Shown here: one piece after another, positions 63,088-64,000 of the stretch
Numbering within the stretch: position 1 is the first letter of the stretch
Layout: the number at the start of each line of letters is the position of its first letter
Source of the DNA: Camelus ferus
Taxonomy: Eukaryota
Reading direction: 5' to 3'
Length of the DNA: 64,000 nt
Assembly (NCBI RefSeq): GCF_009834535.1
Contig: NC_045703.1
Coordinates: 33,728,001-33,792,000 of the forward strand
Notes under the pieces: generated by a model
Database searches by the model: none
The model's input: the letters and a program-made list of their open reading frames with translations, nothing else
Told to the model about the DNA's origin: nothing
Translations under genes and position numbers: made by a program

Positions 63088-63324
63088 TTTTTCTGTGTGT
63101 GTGTTTATAGCCTTTCAGTCTCTTTGTAAGTATTTTTAATAGAAAATGTTTTCATAAATTATTATAAAATACGTGATGCTCCATACACTGTTTTATAGCC
63201 ATTCCCTACCCCCACTCATCTTTCCACATCATAAGATATTCTTCTACAACCTTTTCTTCAAAATGAAAATAGTCTTTTTTTTTTTTTTTGGTTTTGGCTT
63301 TGGTTTTTGTTTTGCTTGGGCAAT

Positions 63325-64000
63325 TGGACATTTATAGTCAAAAACAACCTTCAACAAGATCTCATACCTTACGCAAATATTAGTTCACAATGGATCACAG
63401 AATTAAATGTAAAATTTTAAAAGTTTGAGAAAAATAGGAGAAAATCTCTACAATTTGGGGCTAGGCAAAGATTTTTTACACTTGACACCAAAAGCATTAC
63501 TTGAGAAATGGCTAAATTGGATGTCATCAAATTTAAAACTCTCACTCAATGAAGACCCTGTTAAGAGGATGAAACAAGCTATGGAGTGGGAGAAAATATT
63601 TGCAAACCACATATCTGACAAAAGACTAGAATCTAGAATAAAGAACTTACAAAACTCAACAATAAAAAGCACACAATCCAATTAGAACATGAATAAAAAA
63701 TCATGAAGACATTTCACAAAATAAGATATACAAATGGCAACAAAGCACATCAAAGATATTTGATACTATTAATCACTATTGAACTACAAAATAAAACTAC
63801 AATGAGGTATCATTATACATCTATCAGATTGGCTAAAATGAAAAATTAGTGTTAAGACCAAATGTTGGTAAGGATGCAGAGAAACTGGACCATTCATATA
63901 TTGATGGTAGGGTGTAAAACGGTACAGCCACCCTGAAAAACAGTCTGGGAATTTTTTAAAATATTCTAAACATGCTGTCACATAACCTTTGATTGGCTTG
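63325..64000 (+). mobile_element. Old LINE-1 ORF2 3' region (decayed; runs off window)
   Basis: The track ORF at 63425-63685 (GENLYNLGLGKDFL...WEKIFANHISDKRLESRI) matches L1 ORF2 downstream of the RT domain. Frameshifts and stops are present. Confidence 0.92.

Noticed and set aside
63425-63685. Functional L1 ORF2
   Set aside because: Short frame bounded by stops and frameshifts. It is a decayed, 5'-truncated copy.
1-64000. CRISPR array, prokaryotic defence system, NUMT or processed pseudogene
   Set aside because: No regularly spaced repeat-spacer structure, no long ORFs or operon, and no mitochondrial or mRNA-like sequence recognised. The DNA is mammalian nuclear.

Overview
This is AT-rich mammalian nuclear DNA from a draft assembly with three N-gaps. 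It is most likely camelid (camel, alpaca or llama), because it carries two tRNA-derived SINEs of the camelid Vic-1 type. Most of the window is fossil transposable elements: MIR, L2, CR1, old and younger L1, MER21/MER34-like/MLT1/LTR16 LTRs, and Tigger and hAT MITEs. These are interspersed with unique, enhancer-like non-coding blocks. I recognise no protein-coding gene, rRNA, true tRNA or CRISPR array. The supplied ORFs are mostly chance ORFs, repeat-derived ORFs or N-gap artefacts, so the window looks like a large intron or intergenic DNA. I found no convincing evidence of a new biological system. The best leads are: (1) a minus-strand candidate terminal exon encoding a hydrophobic TM/GPI-like tail (51279-51358); (2) a plus-strand microexon-like element with a frame-preserving 75-nt exon candidate (36753-37137); (3) an L1 insertion with an unusually long 26-29 bp target-site duplication; and (4) dense E-box/RUNX/TALE motif clusters. 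Repeat subfamily names come from remembered consensus sequences, and boundaries of ancient repeats are approximate (about +/-30-50 bp).
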